DNA from: Camelus ferus
Taxonomy: Eukaryota
Direction of reading: 5' to 3'
DNA length: 64,000 nucleotides
Assembly: GCF_009834535.1 (NCBI RefSeq)
Contig: NC_045697.1
Span: forward strand, 119,910,001 to 119,974,000
The notes below the pieces were generated by a model that ran no database searches, was not told where the DNA came from, and saw nothing but the letters and a program-made list of their open reading frames with translations. A program made the position numbers and the translations under genes. This document shows, piece after piece, positions 12,801 to 26,700 of this stretch (positions are counted from its first letter, which is position 1; every line of letters starts with the position of its first letter).

Positions 12801-15099
12801 AACAGAAGAAATGTTTGTGTGTCTGATGGAGATGGGTAAACAAACTCCACGCATATTTCAGGGGGCACAGGTGTTCCAAGGCTGTGGGACGTCGGAAAAT
12901 TACCTCACATTCTCATGTGGAATATCTCACTGCTGCTACGAAATACAGCCAAACCCACAGCTTTACCTCGCAGCTAGGCGTGTGTAAACACTCACGGAAT
13001 AGGAAATACTGGTGCTATAAGAACCCAGGCACTGCTGATATTTGTAGAATCCTCCCCACACTCAGGATATCAGAACACATCTTTGTGTGTGTGATGGTGT
13101 AGGAAAATTCACTCCAGGCATATTTCTGTTGTTACAGCTGTTCCCAGGTTTGGAGATGTCGCCTTATTATCTCCACTACCAATGGGGAGGCAATCTATAC
13201 TTCTTCATTTTCCAGACAAGCTCCCAAATGTCCCTTGCAGCCCGGCCTAAGAAAACACCTAGTTATGACAATATTAGTGATTCTATGAGAAACACATCAC
13301 TGCTGCCTCTTGGAGGTACAACACAAACTAAAAATTCGGGAACATGGCTTTGCTTGGTGGAGGTGTGGAGACCAACACCACAAGATTCCTGGGGGCACAT
13401 TTCTCTCTCTATGGGAGAAGTCCGCTAATTACCTCTACAGTCAATCTCTGGGCACTCGTTGCTACTTGGCTTTCAAGCCAAACCCCAAGCTTTCCCATGC
13501 ATCCCGCACAGGAAAACACTCAGAGATAATAAGTTAATGGTTCTATTGGAACTCAAGCACTGCAGACCGTTGTAAGAACCTCCGCACACGTAGGATAACA
13601 GAAAAATTTTTTTGTGTCTCATTGAGATGTTAAAAGCTCCACGCATGATTCAGGGTGTACTGGTGTTCCTAGGTTGTGGGATGTCATATACATCCAACTA
13701 CAGCCCATGGGGAAGAACTCGCACCTGCTTGGTTTTCCAGCCCATCCCCCGTTTCCTTGGCAACCCAGCCTGAGGAAACAATCAGGAAATGTAGCTAAAG
13801 ATTCTATCAGAACCCAGGTGCTGCAGTTTGCTCTAGGAACTTCAACACACACAGGATTCCCAAACACGGCTTTGCTTGGAATAGTTTTGAAGCCCCAATC
13901 CACAAACATGGATGGAGGCACAAGTTTTTCCCTGTTAGGGTGAAGGCCGCTAATTAGCTCTAAAGTCTTTCTCTGCCACCTGCTGCTACTTGGAATTCCA
14001 TCCCAACCCCCATCTTTCCCCTACAGCCTGGCCTGTGTTAACACAGAGGGAAAAGAAGCTATTGGTTCTATTTGAACCCATGCCCTGCTGACAATTGTGG
14101 AAACCTTCGAACACTCAGGATAACAGAAGATACCTTTCTGTGTGTGACGGAGTAGGAAAACACAATCCAGGAATGTTTCTGGGGGTACAGCTTTTCCCAG
14201 GTTGGGAGATTTCGCCTAATTTCCTCCGCTTCCAATGGGGAGGCACTCTATACTTCTTCGCTTTCCAGACCAACTCCCAGCTTTCCTTTGAAGCCCGGCC
14301 TAAGGAAACACCTAGGTATGACAATATTAGCGATTCTATCAGAACCCCCTCCCTGCTGATTGTTGGAAGTACAACACACACTCAAAATTCCGGTATATGG
14401 CTTTGCTTTTTGGAGGTGTGGAGACCAACACCACAAAATGCCTGTGGGCAGAGTTTCTCTCTGTCTGGGAGAAGTCCGCTAATTACCGCTACAGTCAATA
14501 TCTGGGCAATCCTGGCTAATTGGGTTTCCAACCGAATCTCCAGTTTCCCTCGCAGCCCACCCTGGGACACACTCAGATATTATAAGCTAGTGGTTCTATT
14601 GGAACCAAAGCACTGCAGACCGTTGTAGGAAGCTCCTCACACGGAGGATAACAGAACAATTTATTTGTGTCTCATTGAGATGGTAAAAATTCCACGCATG
14701 TTTCAGGGGGTACAGCTATTCCCATGTTGGGGGAGGTCACATTATTCCCATTAATGACCATGGGGAACTAATTGCTCCTGCTTGGATATCCATCATATCC
14801 CCCAGTTTCCCTTGCAACTCAGTCAGAGAAAACAGTCAGGAAATATAGCTAAAGTTTCTATTAGAACCCAGGCGCTGCTGACAGTTGTAGAAACCTCCAC
14901 ATACACAGGGTAACAGAACACATTTTTGTGTGTGAGATGGAGTAGGGATACACAGTACATGCATGTATCTGGGGTGCAGGTTTAACCAGTTTGGGAGACG
15001 TTGGCTAAGTATCTCCACAGCCCATGGGGAGGCACTCAGTTTTCTTCTATTTCCAGCCCTACTCACAGCTTTCCATGCAGCCCAGGTTAGGAAATCACC

Positions 15100-17760
15100 C
15101 AGGGATTACAAACTAAATCATTCTATCAGAAACAGCGCGCTGCTGTATGTGTTGAGGAACCTCCAAACACTCAGGATTCCGGAACACGGAATTGCTTGGT
15201 GCGAATTGTGAAGCCCCACAGCACACTCATTCCTGGGGTCCCAAGATTTTCCTTTTAGGGCCAAGTCCGCTAATTATCTCCATAGTACATCTCGGGGCAC
15301 TCGCTGCTACATGTATTCCCAGCCCAACCCCCAAGTTTCCCTTGCAGACCGGCTTGGTTAAACACAGAAAGAAAAAATGCTTTTGGTGTTATTCGAACCA
15401 ATGCCCTGCTGACAATTGTGGAAAACTTCGAACACTCAAGATAACAGAACATATCTTTCTGTGTGTGATGGAGTAGGAAAACACACTCCAGGCATTTTTT
15501 GGTGATCCAGGTTTTCCCAGGTTGGGGGAGGTCGGCTAGATTCCTTTAGTGCCCATGGGGTGGCACTGTCTTCTTCTTCGTATTCAAGCCCAACTCCCAG
15601 GTTTCCCTTGCAGCTCGGACAAGTGAAACACCCATGGATGACAAATAAGTGATTCTATCAGAACCTCGGCGTTGCTGTCTGTTGGAGGATCCTCCAAACC
15701 TTCAGGATTCTGGAACACATCTTTGAGAGTGGGGAGTTGTGGAACCCCAATCCACGCAGATGGATGGGGTCACAGATTTGTCCCTGTTAGGGAGAAGTCC
15801 GCTAATTACCTCCACAGTGTATATTGGGACACTCGCTTTTTCTTAGATTTTCAGTCTATCCCCCAGTTTTCACTCGCAGCCCGGCGTTGTAAAACACTCA
15901 GTGATAATAAGCTAGGTTTCTATTTGAACTCAGGTGCTGCAGACAATTGTAGGAACCTCCCCACACTCAGAATAACAGAACAATAATTTGAGTGTCTGAT
16001 TTAGATGGGTAAACTAAATCCACGCATGTTTCAGGTTGTATAGGAGTTCCTAGGTTGTGGGAGGTCGGATATTTACATCCACTGTCCATGGGGAGTCCCT
16101 TGCACTTGCTTGGATTCCAGCCCAACCCCCAGCGTACCCTCGCATCCCGGCCATTGAAAACACTCAGGGAAATATAGCTACAGTTTGTATGAGAACAAAG
16201 GCGCTCCTGAAATTTGTAGAAACCTCCCTACACTAAGGAAAACAGAACACAGCTTTGTGTGTGTGATGGAGTAGGAAAACACTGTAAGGCATGTCACTGG
16301 GGTGCAGGTGTTCGCAGGATGGGAAATGTTGGCTAATTACCTCCACTGCCCATGGGGAAGCACTCTATTCTTCTTCGATATCCATCCCTAATCCTAGCAT
16401 TCCCTTGCAGCCCGACCGTGGAAAACACCCAGGGATGACAAACTAAATCATTCTATCAGAACCAGGGCGCTGCTGTATGTTGGAGGTACGTCCAAGCACT
16501 CAGGATTCCGGAACACGGATTTTCTTGGTGCGAATTTTTAAGACCCAAAGCACACTCATTGTTGGGGCCTAAGATTTTCCCTTTTAAGTCCAAGTCCGCT
16601 AAGTACTACCATAGTCCATCTCGGGGCACTCGCTGCTACTTGGATTTCCAGCCCAACCCACATGATTCCCTTGCAGCCCGGACTGGGGTAACACAGATCG
16701 AAAAGAAGCTATTGGTGCTATTCGAACCCATGCCCTGCTGACAATTGTGGAAACCTTCAAACACTCAGGATAACAGAACATAACTTTCTGTGTGTGATGG
16801 AGTAGGAAAACACACTCAAGGCATTTTTCAGGGGATCCAGGTTTTCCCAGGTTGGGAGATGTCGGCTAGGTTCCTTCAGTGCCCATGGGGTGGCACTGTC
16901 TTCTTTTTCATTTTCAAGCCTAACTCCCAGCTTTCCCTTGAAGCCCGGACAATGAAACACCCATGGATGAAAAATAAGTGATTCTATCAGAACCTCGGCG
17001 TTGCTGTCTGTTGGAGGAACCTCCAAACCTTCAGGATTCTGGAACAAGTCTTTGAGTGTGGGGAGTTGTGGAACCCCAATCCACGCAGATAGATGGGGTC
17101 ACAGATTTGTCCCTGTTAGGGAGAAGTCCGCTAATTACCTCTACAGTGAATCTTGGGGCACTCGCTGCTTCTTAGATTTTCAGTCTATCCCCCAGGTTTC
17201 ACTCGCAGTCCGGCCTTGTAAAACACTCAGTGATAATAAGCCAGGTTTCTATTGGAACCCACGTGCTGCAGACAATTTTAGGAACCTCCCCACACTCAGA
17301 ATAACAGAACAAAATTTTGAGTGTCTGATTTAGAGGGGTAAATTAATCCACGCATATTTCAGTTTGTATAGCAGTTCCTAGGTTGTGGGAGGTTTGGTAA
17401 TTACATCCAATGTCCATGGGGAGTCCCTTGCAGTTGCTTGGATTCCAGCCCAACCCCCAGCGTTCCCTCGCATCCCGGCCTTTGAAAACACTCAGGGAAA
17501 ATAAGCTACAGATTGTATAAGAACTAAGGCGCTCCTGACAGTTGTAGAAACCTCCCTACACTAAGGAAAATAGAACACAGCTTTGTGTGTGTGATGGAGT
17601 AGAAAACACTGTAAGGCATGTCACTGGTGTGCAGGTGTTCGCAGGATGGGAAATGTTGGCTAATTACCTCCACTTCCCATTGGGTAGCACTCTATTCTTC
17701 TTCGATATCCAGCCCTAATCCTAGCATTCCCTTGCAGCCCGACCGTGGAAAACACCCAGG
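15100..17760. repeat. 5-monomer HOR (1329 bp, order BABCA), two diverged copies
   Basis: Homologous ORF starts at 15672 and 17001 (offset 1329), with the same monomer subtypes in the same order. Confidence 0.8.
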
Positions 17761-20700
17761 GATGACAAACTAAATCATTCTATCAGAACCAGGGCGCTGC
17801 TGTATGTTGGAGGAACCTCCAAACACTCAGGATTCCGGAACACGGATTTTCTTGCTGCGAATTTTGAAGCCCCACAACACACTCATTGCTGGGGCACAAG
17901 ATTTTCCCTTTTAGGGCCAAGTCCGCTGATTAACTCAATAGTCCATCTCGGGGCACTCGCTGCTACTTGGATTTCCATTCCAAACCCAAGCTTTCCCTCG
18001 CATCCCGGCCTGGGAAAACACACAGGGAAAATATGTTATTGGTTATAATGTATCCCAGTCTCTACCTAATTTTGTAGGAAATTTCCCACAACTAAGATAA
18101 AAGAAGAAATATTTGTGTGTCTGATGGAGATGGGTAAACAAACTCCAAGCATGTATCAGAGTGCTTAGTTGTTCCAAGGCTGTGGGACGTCGGAAAATTA
18201 ACTCAAATTCTCATCGGGAGTAACTTGCTGCTGGTACGAATTACAGCCAAGCCCACAGATTTACCTCCCAGCGAGGCCTGTGATAACACTCACGGAAAAC
18301 TAAATTCTGGTGCTTCTAGAATCAAGGCGCTGCTGAAACTTGTAGAATCCTCCACACACTCAGGATAGCAGAACAAATTTTTGTGTCTGTGATGGTGTAG
18401 GAAAATACACTCCAGGCATATTTCTGGTGTTACAGCTGTTCCCAGGTTTGGAGATGTCGCCTAATTACCTCCACTTCCAATGGGGAGGCACATTATACTT
18501 CTTCGCTTTCCAGACCAACTCCCAAATATCCCTTGCAGCCCAGAATAAGAAAAGACCTAGGGATGGCAATATTAGCGATTCTATCAGAAACCCCGCTCTG
18601 CTGCCTGTTGGAGGTAAAACACACACTCAAAATTCCGGAATATGTCTTTGCTTGGTGGAGGTATGGAGACCAACAACACAAGATGCCTGGGGGCACAGTT
18701 TATCTCTGTCTGGGAGAAGTCCGCTAATTACCTCTACAGTCAAATTCTGGGCAATCCTTGCTCATTGGCTTTCCAGGCGAACCCCCTGTTTCCCTCGCTT
18801 CCCGCCTGGAAAACACTCAGAGATTATAAGCTAGTGGTTCTATTGGAACTCAGGCACTGCAGACCATAGTAGGAAGCTCCGCACACGCAGGATAACAGAA
18901 CACTTTTTTTGTGTCTGATTGAGACGCTAAAAACACCACGCATGATTCAGGTGGTACAGGTTTTCCTAGGTTGGGGGAGGTCAGATTATTCCCATTAATG
19001 CCCATGGGGAGGTAATCGCTCCTGCTTGGATTTCCATCCCATCCCCCAGTTTCCCTTGCAACCCAGCCAGAGAAAACAGTCAGGAAATTTAGCTAAAATT
19101 TCTATTAGAACCCAGGCGCTGCTCACAGTTGTAGAAACCTCCCCATACTTAGGGTAACATAACACTTCTTTGTGTGTGCGATGGAGTAGGAAAACACACC
19201 CCATGCATTTATCTGGGGTGCAAGTTTAACCAGGTTGTGAGACGTTGGCTAAGTATCTCCACAGCCCATGGGGAGGCACTCTGTTTTTCTTCGTTTTCCA
19301 GCGCTACTCCAAGCTTTCCCTTGAAGCCCGGGTTAGGAAAACACCTACGAATGACAAACTAAGTGATTCTATCAGAACCCCGGCGCTGCTGTCTGTTGGA
19401 GGTACCTCCACACACACAGGATTAACAATCACGTCTTTGCTTGGGGGAATTGTGAAGCCCCACCCCACACAGAAGCCTGAGGGAACAAGTTTTTCCCTTT
19501 TAGGTTGAAGTCCGCTAATTACCTCTACAGACCATCGTGGGGCACTCGCTGCTACTTGGATTTCCATCCCAACACCCAGGTTTCCCTTGCAGCCCGGCCT
19601 GAGGAAACACACAGGGAAATGAATCTACATGTGCTATTAGAACACATGCCCTGCTGAAAATTGTGGACACCTTCGAACACTCATGATAACAGAGCACATC
19701 TTTCTGTGTGTGATGGAGAAGTAAAACACACTCCAGGCATTTTTCTGGGGATCCAGTTTTTCCCAGGTTGGGAGATATCGGCTAGATTCCTTCACAGCCC
19801 ATGTCGATGAATTGACTTCTTCTTCGTTTTCAAGCCCAACTCCCAACTTTCACTTGCATCCCGGTCTAGGATTATACCCAGGGATGGCAGTCTAAGTGAT
19901 TTTATCAGAGCTACGATGCTGCTGTCTTATTTAGGAACTTCCAGAACCTTAGGATTCTGGATCACGGCTATGCTTGGGGGTAGCTTTGGAGACCCACACC
20001 AAAGAGATGGCTGGGGGCACAGGTTAATCCCTGTTAGGGAGATGTCCGCTAATTACCTCCACTGTCCATCTCGGGTCACTCGCTGCTACATGGCTTTCCA
20101 GCGCAAGCAAAGCATTCCCTAGCAGGCCGGCCTGGGAAAACAATCAGGGATAATAAGTAAGTGTTTCTATTGGAACCCAGGTGTTGCAGAATATTGTAGG
20201 ATACTCCCCACACCCAGGAAAAGAAAACACGTCTTTGTGTGTCTCATGCAGTTTGGTAAACAATCTCCACGCTTGTTTCAGGGGCTTAAGTTGTTCCTAG
20301 TTAGTGGGAGTTCGGGTAATTCCCTCCAATGACCATGGGGAGGCACTCGCTCCTGCTTGGCTTTCCAGCCAAACCCCCAGCTTTCCCTCTCAGACCGGCC
20401 TGGGAAAACACTCAGAGATAATATGCTATAGGTTGTATTGGAATCCAGTCGCTACCTAACGTTGTAGGCTGTTCCCACATCTGCTATAACAGAAGAAACT
20501 TTTGTGTGTCTGATGTAGATGGGAAAACAAACTCCACGCATGTTTCAGGAGGCACAGGTGTTCCAAGGCTGTGGGACGTCGGAAATTTACCTCAAATTCT
20601 CATGGGGAGTATCTCACTGCGGCTACGAATTACATCCAAACCCACAGCTTTACCTCGCATCTAGGCGTGTGTAAACACTCACGTAAAAGAAAATACTGGT

Positions 20701-23700
20701 GCTATTAGAACCCAGGCGCTGCTCATATTTGTAGAATCCTCCCCAAACTCAGGATAGCAGAACACATATTTGTGTGTGTGATGGTGTAGAAAAATAAACT
20801 CCAGGCATATTTCTGGGGGTACAGCTGTTCCCATGTTTGGAGATGTCGCCTAATTATCTCCACTGCCAGTGGGGAGGCAATCTATACTTCTTCGCTTTGC
20901 AGACCATCTCCCAAATTTCCCTTACAGCCCGGCCTAAGAAAACACCTAGGGATCACAATATTAGTGATTCTATCAGAAACCCGGCGCTGCTGTCTGTTGG
21001 AGGTACAACACAGACTCAAAATTCCGGAGCAAGGATTGGCTTGGTGGAGGTGTGGAGCCCCACACCACACAGATGCCTGGGGTGGCAGACTTTCCTTGTT
21101 TATGAGAAGTCAGCTAATTAACTCTATAGACAATCTCTGGGCACTCGTTGCTACTTGGCTTTCCAGCCGAACCACAAGCTTTACCAAGAAGCCCGCCCTG
21201 GAAAACACTCAGAGATAATAAGTTAATGGTTCAATTGGAACACAAGCACTGCAGACCGTTGTAGGAACCTCCGCACACGCAGGATAACAGAAAAATTTTT
21301 TTGTGTCTCATTGAGATGGTAAAAGTTCCACGCATGTTTCAGGGTGTACTGGTGTTCCTAGGTTGTGGGAGGTCAGATACATCCCACTACAGCCCATGGG
21401 GAAGTATTCACTCCTGATTGGCATTCCATCCCATCCCCCAGTTTCTTTGGAAACCCAGCCTGAGTAAACTATCAGGAAATGTAGCTAAAATTTCTAACAG
21501 AACCCCTGTGCTGCAGTCTGTTGTAGGAACTTCCACACACACAGGATTCCCAAACACGGCTTTGCTTGGATATTTTTGAAGCCCCAATCCACACACATGG
21601 CTGGGGGCACAAGTTATTCCCTGTTAGGGAGAAGTCCGCTAATTAGCTCTATAGTCCATCTCCGGCACACGCTGCTACTTGGAATTCCAGCCCAACCACC
21701 ATGTTTCCCTTGCAGCCTGGCCTGGGCTAACACAGAGGGAGAAGAAGCTATTGGTGCTATACGAACCCATGCCCTGCTGACAATTGTGGAAACCTTTGAA
21801 CACTCAGGATAACAGAACATATCTTTCTGTGTGTGATGGAGTAGGAAAGAAACTCCAGGCATTTTTCTGGGGATCCAGGTTTTCCCAGGTTGGGAGATGT
21901 CGGCTAGATTCCTTCAGGTCCCATGGTGTGGCACTATCTTCTTCTTCGTTTTCAAGCCCAACTCCCAGAATTCCCTTGAAGCCCGGACAAGTGAAACACC
22001 CATGGGTGACAAATAAATGATACTATCAGAACCCCCGCGTTGCTGTCAGTTGAAGGACCCTCCAAACCTTCAGGATTCTGGAACAAGTTTTTGAGTGTGG
22101 GGAGTTGTGGAACCCTAATCCACGCAGATGGATGGGGTCATAGATTTGTCCCTGTTAGGGAGAAGTCCGCTAATTAACTCCACAGTGCATCTTGGGGCAC
22201 TCGCTGCTTCTTAGATTTTCAGTCTTTCCCCCAATTTTCCCTCGCAGCCCGGCCTTTTAAAACACTCAGTGATAATAAGCTAGGTTTCTATTTGAACCCA
22301 GGTGCTGCAGACAATTTAGGAAACTCCCCACACTCAGAATAACTGAACAATACATTGAGTGTCTGATTTAAATGGGTAAACTAAATCCACGCATGTTTCA
22401 GGTTGTATAGGCGTTCCTAGGTTTTGGGAGGTCGGATATTTACATCCACTGTCCATGGGGATTCCCTTGCAGTTGCTTGGATTCCAGCCCAACCCCCAGC
22501 GTTCCCTCGCTTCCCGGCCTGTGAAAACACTCAGGGAAAAAAGCTACAGATTCTATAACAACTAAGGCGCTCCTGACAGTTGTAGAAACCTCCTTACACT
22601 AAGGAAAAGAGAACACATCTTTGTGTGTGTGATGGTGTAGGAAAACACAATAAGGCATGGCACTGGGTTGTAGGTGTTCGCAGGATGTTTAAAGTTCGCT
22701 AATTAACTCCAATGCCCATGGGGAAGCACTCTCTTCTTCTTCGATATCCAGCCCTAATCCTAGCATTCCCTTGCAGCCCGACCGTGGAAAACACCCAGGG
22801 ATGACAAACTAAATCATTCTAATCAGAACCAGGGCGCTGCTGTATGTTGGAGGAACCTCCAAACACTCAGGATTCCGGAACACGGATTTTCTTGCTGCGA
22901 ATTTTGAAGCCCCACAACACACTCATTGCTGGGGCACAAGATTTTCCCTTTTAGGGCCAAGTCCGCTGATTAACTCAATAGTCCATCTCGGGGCACTCGC
23001 TGCTACTTGGATTTCCATTCCAACCCAAGCTTTCCCTCGCATCCCGGCCTGGGAAAACACACAGGGAAAATATGTTATTGGTTATAATGTATCCCAGTCT
23101 CTACCTAATTTTGTAGGAAATTTTCCCACAACTAAGATAAAAGAAGAAATATTTGTGTGTCTGATGGAGATGGGTAAACAAACTCCAAGCATGTATCAGA
23201 GTGCTTAGTTGTTCCAAGGCTGTGGGACGTCGGAAAATTAACTCAAATTCTCATCGGGAGTAACTTGCTGCTGGTACGAATTACAGCCAAGCCCACAGAT
23301 TTACCTCCCAGCGAGGCCTGTGATAACACTCACGGAAACTAAATTCTGGTGCTTCTAGAATCAAGGCGCTGCTGAAACTTGTAGAATCCTCCACACACTC
23401 AGGATAGCAGAACAAATTTTTGTGTCTGTGATGGTGTAGGAAAATACACTCCAGGCATATTTCTGGTGTTACAGCTGTTCCCAGGTTTGGAGATGTCGCC
23501 TAATTACCTCCACTTCCAATGGGGAGGCACATTATACTTCTTCGCTTTCCAGACCAACTCCCAAATATCCCTTGCAGCCCAGAATAAGAAAAGACCTAGG
23601 GATGGCAATATTAGCGATTCTATCAGAAACCCCGCTCTGCTGCCTGTTGGAGGTAAAACACACACTCAAAATTCCGGAATATGTCTTTGCTTGGTGGAGG

Positions 23701-26700
23701 TATGGAGACCAACAACACAAGATGCCTGGGGGCACAGTTTATCTCTGTCTGGGAGAAGTCCGCTAATTACCTCTACAGTCAAATTCTGGGCAATCCTTGC
23801 TCATTGGCTTTCCAGGCGAACCCCCTGTTTCCCTCGCTTCCCGCCTGGAAAACACTCAGAGATTATAAGCTAGTGGTTCTATTGGAACTCAGGCACTGCA
23901 GACCATAGTAGGAAGCTCCGCACACGCAGGATAACAGAACACTTTTTTTGTGTCTGATTGAGACGCTAAAAACACCACGCATGATTCAGGTGGTACAGGT
24001 TTTCCTAGGTTGGGGGAGGTCAGATTATTCCCATTAATGCCCATGGGGAGGTAATCGCTCCTGCTTGGATTTCCATCCCATCCCCCAGTTTCCCTTGCAA
24101 CCCAGCCAGAGAAAACAGTCAGGAAATTTAGCTAAAATTTCTATTAGAACCCAGGCGCTGCTCACAGTTGTAGAAACCTCCCCATACTTAGGGTAACATA
24201 ACACTTCTTTGTGTGTGCGATGGAGTAGGAAAACACACCCCATGCATTTATCTGGGGTGCAAGTTTAACCAGGTTGTGAGACGTTGGCTAAGTATCTCCA
24301 CAGCCCATGGGGAGGCACTCTGTTTTTCTTCGTTTTCCAGCGCTACTCCAAGCTTTCCCTTGAAGCCCGGGTTAGGAAAACACCTACGAATGACAAACTA
24401 AGTGATTCTATCAGAACCCCGGCGCTGCTGTCTGTTGGAGGTACCTCCACACACACAGGATTAACAATCACGTCTTTGCTTGGGGGAATTGTGAAGCCCC
24501 ACCCCACACAGAAGCCTGAGGGAACAAGTTTTTCCCTTTTAGGTTGAAGTCCGCTAATTACCTCTACAGACCATCGTGGGGCACTCGCTGCTACTTGGAT
24601 TTCCATCCCAACACCCAGGTTTCCCTTGCAGCCCGGCCTGAGGAAACACACAGGGAAATGAATCTACATGTGCTATTAGAACACATGCCCTGCTGAAAAT
24701 TGTGGACACCTTCGAACACTCATGATAACAGAGCACATCTTTCTGTGTGTGATGGAGAAGTAAAACACACTCCAGGCATTTTTCTGGGGATCCAGTTTTT
24801 CCCAGGTTGGGAGATATCGGCTAGATTCCTTCACAGCCCATGTCGATGAATTGACTTCTTCTTCGTTTTCAAGCCCAACTCCCAACTTTCACTTGCATCC
24901 CGGTCTAGGATTATACCCAGGGATGGCAGTCTAAGTGATTTTATCAGAGCTACGATGCTGCTGTCTTATTAGGAACTTCCAGAACCTTAGGATTCTGGAT
25001 CACGGCTATGCTTGGGGGTAGCTTTGGAGACCCACACCAAAGAGATGGCTGGGGGCACAGGTTAATCCCTGTTAGGGAGATGTCCGCTAATTACCTCCAC
25101 TGTCCATCTCGGGTCACTCGCTGCTACATGGCTTCCAGCGCAAGCAAAGCATTCCCTAGCAGGCCGGCCTGGGAAAACAATCAGGGATAATAAGTAAGTG
25201 TTTCTATTGGAACCCAGGTGTTGCAGAATATTGTAGGATACTCCCCACACCCAGGAAAAGAAAACACGTCTTTGTGTGTCTCATGCAGTTTGGTAAACAA
25301 TCTCCACGCTTGTTTCAGGGGCTTAAGTTGTTCCTAGTTAGTGGGAGTTCGGGTAATTCCCTCCAATGACCATGGGGAGGCACTCGCTCCTGCTTGGCTT
25401 TCCAGCCAAACCCCCAGCTTTCCCTCTCAGACCGGCCTGGGAAAACACTCAGAGATAATATGCTATAGGTTGTATTGGAATCCAGTCGCTACCTAACGTT
25501 GTAGGCTGTTCCCACATCTGCTATAACAGAAGAAACTTTTGTGTGTCTGATGTAGATGGGAAAACAAACTCCACGCATGTTTCAGGGAGGCACAGGTGTT
25601 CCAAGGCTGTGGGACGTCGGAAATTTACCTCAAATTCTCATGGGGAGTATCTCACTGCGGCTACGAATTACATCCAAACCCACAGCTTTACCTCGCATCT
25701 AGGCGTGTGTAAACACTCACGTAAAAGAAAATACTGGTGCTATTAGAACCCAGGCGCTGCTCATATTTGTAGAATCCTCCCCAAACTCAGGATAGCAGAA
25801 CACATATTTGTGTGTGTGATGGTGTAGAAAAATAAACTCCAGGCATATTTCTGGGGGTACAGCTGTTCCCATGTTTGGAGATGTCGCCTAATTATCTCCA
25901 CTGCCAGTGGGGAGGCAATCTATACTTCTTCGCTTTGCAGACCATCTCCCAAATTTCCCTTACAGCCCGGCCTAAGAAAACACCTAGGGATCACAATATT
26001 AGTGATTCTATCAGAAACCCGGCGCTGCTGTCTGTTGGAGGTACAACACAGACTCAAATTCCGGAGCAAGGATTGGCTTGGTGGAGGTGTGGAGCCCCAC
26101 ACACACAGATGCCTGGGGGTGGCAGACTTTCCTTGTTTATGAGAAGTCAGCTAATTAACTCTATAGACAATTCTCTGGGCACTCTCGTTGCTACTTGGCT
26201 TTCCAGCCGAACCACAAGCTTTACCAAGAAGCCCGCCCTGGAAAACACTCAGAGATAATAAGTTAATGGTTCAATTGGAACACAAGCACTGCAGAACCGT
26301 TGTAGGAACCTCCGCACACGCAGGATAACAGAAAAATTTTTTTGTGTCTCATTGAATGGTAAAAGTTCCACGCATGTTCAGGGTGTACTGGTGTTCCTAG
26401 GTTGTGGGAGGTCAGATACATCCCACTACAGCCCATGGGGAAGTATTCCACTCCTGATTGGCATTCCATCCCATCCCCCAGTTTCTTTGGAAACCCAGCC
26501 TGAGTAAACTATCAGGAAATGTAGCTAAAATTTCTAACAGAACCCCTGTGCTGCAGTCTGTTGTAGAACTTCCACACACACAGGATTCCCAAACACGGCT
26601 TTGCTTGGATATTTTTGAAGCCCCAATCACACACATGGCTGGGGAACAAGTTATTCCCTGTTAGGGAGAAGTCCCGATTAGCTCTATAGTCCATCTCCGG

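Noticed and set aside
16720..16729. ATTCGAACCC resembling a Pol III B-box or tRNA T-loop in one A subtype
   Set aside because: It mismatches GTTCRANNC on both strands, and there is no cloverleaf or convincing A-box. Other subtypes have ATTAGAACCC here.
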